Below, piece after piece: positions 53,510-64,000 of a stretch of 64,000 nt of DNA. Source of the DNA: Chrysomallon squamiferum (lineage: Eukaryota > Animalia > Mollusca); the NCBI GenBank assembly GCA_012295275.1, contig CM022671.1, positions 8,680,001-8,744,000 of the forward strand, written 5' to 3'. Positions within the stretch are counted from its first letter, which is position 1; each line of letters begins with the position of its first letter. The notes below the pieces were generated by a model. The model worked only from the letters and a program-made list of their open reading frames with translations. It did no database searches and was not told where the DNA came from. A program made the translations under genes and the position numbers.

Positions 53510-54040
53510 TGAAGTACAGAGAGAGTAGTGAGTGAGTAAGTGAGTCTGAGAGGAATGTGTGAAAGTGAGTCAGAGTGGATGATACTAGAGATACTAGAAA
53601 TGGGAAGTCAGGGTATCAGTTATACTGGAGATAAAGTTACTATTGCTTTTAACGGGAAGTGGGTGACATTAGAGATGGGGAAATGAATGACCCAAATCAG
53701 GAATTAATTACACTAGCAGTAGCTGGTGGATGACACTAGAGGAATGCAGTGTGTGACTCTAGAATTACAGACTGAGTTAAACTGGAGACGAGAATGAGTG
53801 ACACTAGAGAGGGAGAGGGTGATATCAGAAGCAAGGAGTGAGTGATACTAGAGACTAGAATTGTGATGCTAGAAATGGAGTAGTTACTGTTAGAAAGAGA
53901 CTGGTGACACTGAAGACAGTAGGTGATATTAGAAGCAAGGAGTGAGTGATACTAGAGACTAGAATTGTGATGCTAGAACTGGAGTAGTTACTGTTAGAAA
54001 GACACTGGTGACACTGAAGACAGTAGGTGATATTAGAATA
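53510..54040 (+). repeat. Purine-rich degenerate repeat with a ~104-bp tandem duplication in the ATG7 3' region
   Basis: Recurring gtga(t/c)actagag. The block ggtgatat.agaagcaaggagtgagtgatactagagactagaattg...gaagacagta occurs at ~53818 and ~53922. Confidence 0.8.
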
Positions 54041-55878
54041 AATGAATGTTCAGGGTTTTAGAAAATAATGTATTTAAAAGAGAAGAATTACTGTCAGTTG
54101 AGATTGTAAATTTTCTTGTTGACATGAACACTGAAAGTTATTGACAAGACATGACAACATTATGATTCTTTCTGTTTGATTTTGATGTTTTTGCATCATC
54201 ATTTCTCTAATCATTATAAAAACAAATGTATCTTATTAAGCTCATTATGAAACTAATCTTAATTGCATTATTAAATTGTACTCTGCTAAAACTATAATTT
54301 CACACACACACACACACACACACATTAAGTAGAAAGTTGAAATATGTGATTTCCATTATAAGATTTTGAAAGAAATAAAATTATTAGGTAAATATGATAT
54401 ATTTATTTTTGCAATTTGTTTTAAATACGAATTTTGTTGGAAGCAAACTGAGACTAGTCATCAGAATACTGACTAAGACAAACTCTGTAATGTTTGCTGT
54501 TTTCTGTATTGTGTATTGTATCTTCATCCCATTTTAGTTTATTTTATTTATTAAGAGCTAATTTTTTATTATATCTATGTATGTGACCAGTTATATTGAA
54601 AAAGGTCTCAAGTCACATTTTGGTTGACTGGAATTATGAATAATTTTCCAGATTCCTGAACTTAGTTCCAGAGACATGGCCAGACAAATGGGAAGGTTTC
54701 AGAAATCAACTGTCCATAAAAGTGCTATAAAAACTATTAATTTATTTGGGATATTACCTGAAAGTCTTACAGTTCACTGACTATCCCCTAAAAGCCTCCA
54801 TCTTTTACTGGTTAACTAGAATGATGTCCCCTGGAACTAACAGAACAGATGATAACCATTTTAACCCTTTGGACTCCACACACTTTTAAATTAACACAGG
54901 TGAGGAAATCTGAGATGAGTCGCCATTCTGTCCAGCTGCTGGTGTATGTAGCCAAAACGCACCCACCCAGTAACAGCAGTGTTTGACATCACTTTGGGCA
55001 GCCATGGATAAGTTTAAAACTAGGATTGGAAGTACATGTACTTCTTGACCATACCAGAAAACAATGAATCAGAGTTAAATCTCCCAGAAACAAAAATAAA
55101 ACAACAAAGATGAACAAACGTAAAGAAATGTGGTGAACTTTTTAATGAAGTTTATTCATTTTACAAAACATACATTCACTTAACACACCACATGAATTTG
55201 GAATTTTTATAAAACAAAAAAAACAAATAAATTATTTTCTTTTTTATCATGTTACTATATAGAGACATTAGTTTGATAAACAGTGATAATTTTTTTTATT
55301 ATGCATAAGGATAAAAACAGTGTTATTTGAGAGGTGAGACTAATACATGTTTAAAAACCAAAATATTGTTATTAAGATTTGAATAGGCACAATCCATGTG
55401 TAAATTTTAAAACGAAAGAAAATCATATATATACACACACGCACACACATGTACAAACATATATATATATAATTATATTTGTGTGTGTGATAAAATATAA
55501 AAAACAAAGACATGACCAGTTTTAAGACAAACATTCATGAATTTGATTCTTTCAGTAACAATATTTGTTTTATGAACAATATCTACCTTTTATTCTGTGA
55601 AATTTTATATCTTATCATAATTTTTTTTTTTTTTTTTTTTTTTCCATTATTGTCTGACATTCTTTAATTTTTTTCTTTGATTTATTAATGACTACAGATA
55701 TAATTGTTATTTTCTAAATCTGACAAAATTAAATTAATAAATAAATGAAAAAAACAAGACATATACTTAGTGACTATGATAAAATACTGATTTATGTCAA
55801 GCAGGAAAATAAAGATTTTTATGTGTTTCTAAATGTTCTTTCATTAATTATGTGACATTACCATAATAGGCCAATCAG

Positions 55879-55942
<64 letters not shown>
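55879..55942. repeat. (TG)n microsatellite
   Basis: Uninterrupted TG run. Similar runs are at ~4077-4135 and ~59166-59230. Confidence 0.92.
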
Positions 55943-55945
<3 letters not shown>

Positions 55946-58908
55946 ACAAGGTAATACAAACAATCTATACATAAACACAATTTTTTATTTTAATATTTTT
56001 TTTTTTTTTTTTTTTTAAATTAACAAGACTATCAAAATACTGACAACAAACCTATATACAAATTAAAAATTTAAATATACATTATTTATATAATAATTTC
56101 ATACATCACACATTCACATGTATATATATATATATATATATGTATAATTATGGAATTCCATGCTACAGGCACACACTAATTATCAGGGAAAAATCAATCG
56201 CACCTTTACATGATAAAAATATGATCTAGATACAGAACACTCATTAACACAATAAGTAGAGTAACAGTTTAGTAAGTACATCGGTATGTAATAACAATAA
56301 TCAAAGATTAATATACTGATAAAAACTCACATAACAGTGGATTGCATACAGGATGAAATGAATGAGGCAGTGTATAATTAATTAATTATATACACCAAAA
56401 ATGAGAAGATTCATTTTGAAAAAAGGAAATATGAAAATTCTCAGGGAACATAAAATTTGGAGATTTTAGTGAGGTCATGTGAATGCTTTTGGGCTATTTT
56501 CTCATTCCAGTCTTTGCTCCTTAAATGGTTTATCAAAGGCGCTGGTATGTGCTTTCCTGACTATTGCAAAATGCATATAATAAAAATCTCTTACTAACTG
56601 AAAAAAGTGGCCAGTTGGGTGAATGACAGAGATTTTCTTTCATCATCTATACAGGCATAACTATTTATATGCATAAATATATATATATGATGCCATATAA
56701 ACATATTAATAAAGGTGTTCAGAACATTATTTTAAAACAAAAACCCAGATATAAATTAGTTCTTCACTTTTGTATGAGACTAGAAATTATGAGCATTACA
56801 CAATATCATGATTTAAAAAAAAAAAATTATTTATTTTTTTTTTGTTTAAATGTTTTATGTTTGCATTTCTCACTAAATCACCAGAATGTGAGTTCACTAC
56901 CTTACAGTACAACTTATATTTTACTACCTGCAGAATGCTCTACTCACTGTATAAACAAACTGCTGTGTTTATTTAAGAGTTTACATATCACAAAAAAAAC
57001 AACTAATTAAGGATTTCATGATCTATATGATGATGTAAATATGATAAAAAAAATACTTTTGTTTTATAACGTATTTATACAATTAACTCTCTTCTCTCAT
57101 AATAGTATACTTTATTTTAAAGTGTCAATAATTTATTTATAAAGATATAACAAAAACAACATCAATAATAATAACAACCAGAAACCCAGATGAAATTTGT
57201 CTTAAGTTAATTCTTATTTTTAAAACCCAACAATAATGGTTTCTTAACACTAACAATTTTATTTTTTACTGTAAATGTATATAACATAAGTTCTTCCAAC
57301 AGTCAGTGTATTTTATTAATGTATTATACATATGCATGAATTATGAATGTAACATTTCAGTTACAGTTTGATATTATGCAAATAATGAATAATATAAATA
57401 ATTTAAAAAAATGTTTTTAAATACCAGCCATAGCATCAATGAGTTTAAAATTCACTAATCTACTCTAGTGACATCACAATTGTCAATTATTTATCACTAA
57501 TCTGTAGTGGTGACATCACTATTGTAGTAATTATGTCTACAGTTTACAGTCTTGGAGCACACATCATGAATACTTGTAATGTGAAATGCTGTCATCTACA
57601 GTCATGTAGCATTTGAAATGCTGTGGTCTACAACCACTGAATGCTTGTAGCACCTGTATTTGCAAAAATGATAAACTCACCATTAACAATCTCAATTATT
57701 TTTTATTTATCATCTTATACCATCCTACACTTTCTTCATTTTAATTTTTTTTTTTGTATTTTGCTAAAAAATTGGAAAATTTACAATACATAAAATTATA
57801 ATAGACATAATTTCATGGAGGTCTGTGATAGACATTTTAATTTTTCATAGAACAGAAAATCCATTCTTGTTCCAATAATTTATCTTACAAGTGTCAAATT
57901 AACACAATTATACATCTCTAATGTTTGTTATCATCACAATATCCTACAAGATATTCCTAAATTCACACTAAACTTTTGTGTTATTTACTATGCAACTCTA
58001 TTCTTTTTTATTATAACAAATGTATCAGAAATGTACAAATATTCTTACTAAACCTCAGTGTTACTTACAGCTGTAACAAACACAAAGATCAAACTATACA
58101 TAATAATAATTAATATCTCTGCAAAGGTAGCTGCTCATTATTAAAAGGCACTGATTTTTTTTTTTAATACTAAAATTTAAGAATTACTTGATGAGTAATT
58201 TTTCAGCATTTTCATGCCCTGAGAAAGCTGAGACCACAGAACTGAAGACACGACTCATAAACAAACTTTTTTTTTTTTTTTTTAAATCACAAAAAAGTGG
58301 TTTATTTAAAATCCATAATTAATGGCCTGTTTGAATTTTTCTGACAAAATCTGCAACATCATTCATTAAAATTTACATCCATTAAATTTCACAAAGTCCA
58401 GACAGATGAAATCACACAAAAAGTTCAGATAAGTGGTTGAACCTGTTATTTGTTCATGCAGATTTTGTATATAAATGTTGATAATTTTGACATTGTCTAG
58501 TTAAAGTAAGTTTAAAATCACTGGTCACCTTCATACAGCAATGATTCTGTGAAATTATTTGAATCACAAATGATTTTGTCACAAGTTTTGGTTCCATATC
58601 TTTTCATTTTCTTTTTGTTTCTTTCATAATCCTCTTTATTTTATTTAAAAAACTGATAATATATTTAATAAATTAAAGATTAATTTCACACATCGGTGTT
58701 GATTTAAAATAAACTTTCAGAAGTTCTGTATCCATGTCAGAAATCAAATTTGAATCATGTCACATAAACTGTTTATAACAAGAACTGAATTAACGTCCAG
58801 ATTAAAAAGTGGTCTTACTGTTTGGTTTTAATTTGCCAGACTAGCTGAACCAAATTACTGTCCATTTTGAGAAGTGGTCTCATTAAAGAGTTAATACTGT
58901 TAACTGAG

Positions 58909-63902
<4,994 letters not shown>

Positions 63903-64000
63903 CTGAAACAAACCATTAACACATTACTTTACATGTAGCAGTTTCAGTTAACAGAAGTTTAAAACGATACACACATAAATGATATACTGCTGTTTGTGAA

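Overview
AT-rich, intron-rich animal genomic DNA (an invertebrate; a mollusc or other spiralian is my impression only). It holds six protein-coding genes, reconstructed by hand from GT-AG boundaries and reading-frame continuity: the 3' part of an SLC26 anion transporter (+), TMEM187 (-) head-to-head with HCFC1 (+, 22 coding exons), a brambleberry/GEX1/KAR5-family gene (-) head-to-head with ATG7 (+, 19 coding exons), and the 3' part of a PKC-delta-type kinase (-). Two hAT-type DNA transposon insertions have visible terminal inverted repeats (TIRs) and 8-bp target-site duplications (TSDs), and several minisatellites are present. Most notable: (1) HCF-1 carries 8 tandem copies of [14 protein letters not shown], differing almost only at synonymous sites, at the junction where vertebrate HCF-1 has OGT-cleaved PRO repeats and Drosophila HCF is cut by Taspase1; (2) ATG7 intron 12 contains 12 tandem decoy copies of the exon-13 splice acceptor plus exon start, one split by a hAT element; (3) the TMEM187-HCFC1 divergent arrangement and a YY1-site cluster match the human Xq28 locus. 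No database searches were run, so novelty claims are untested.
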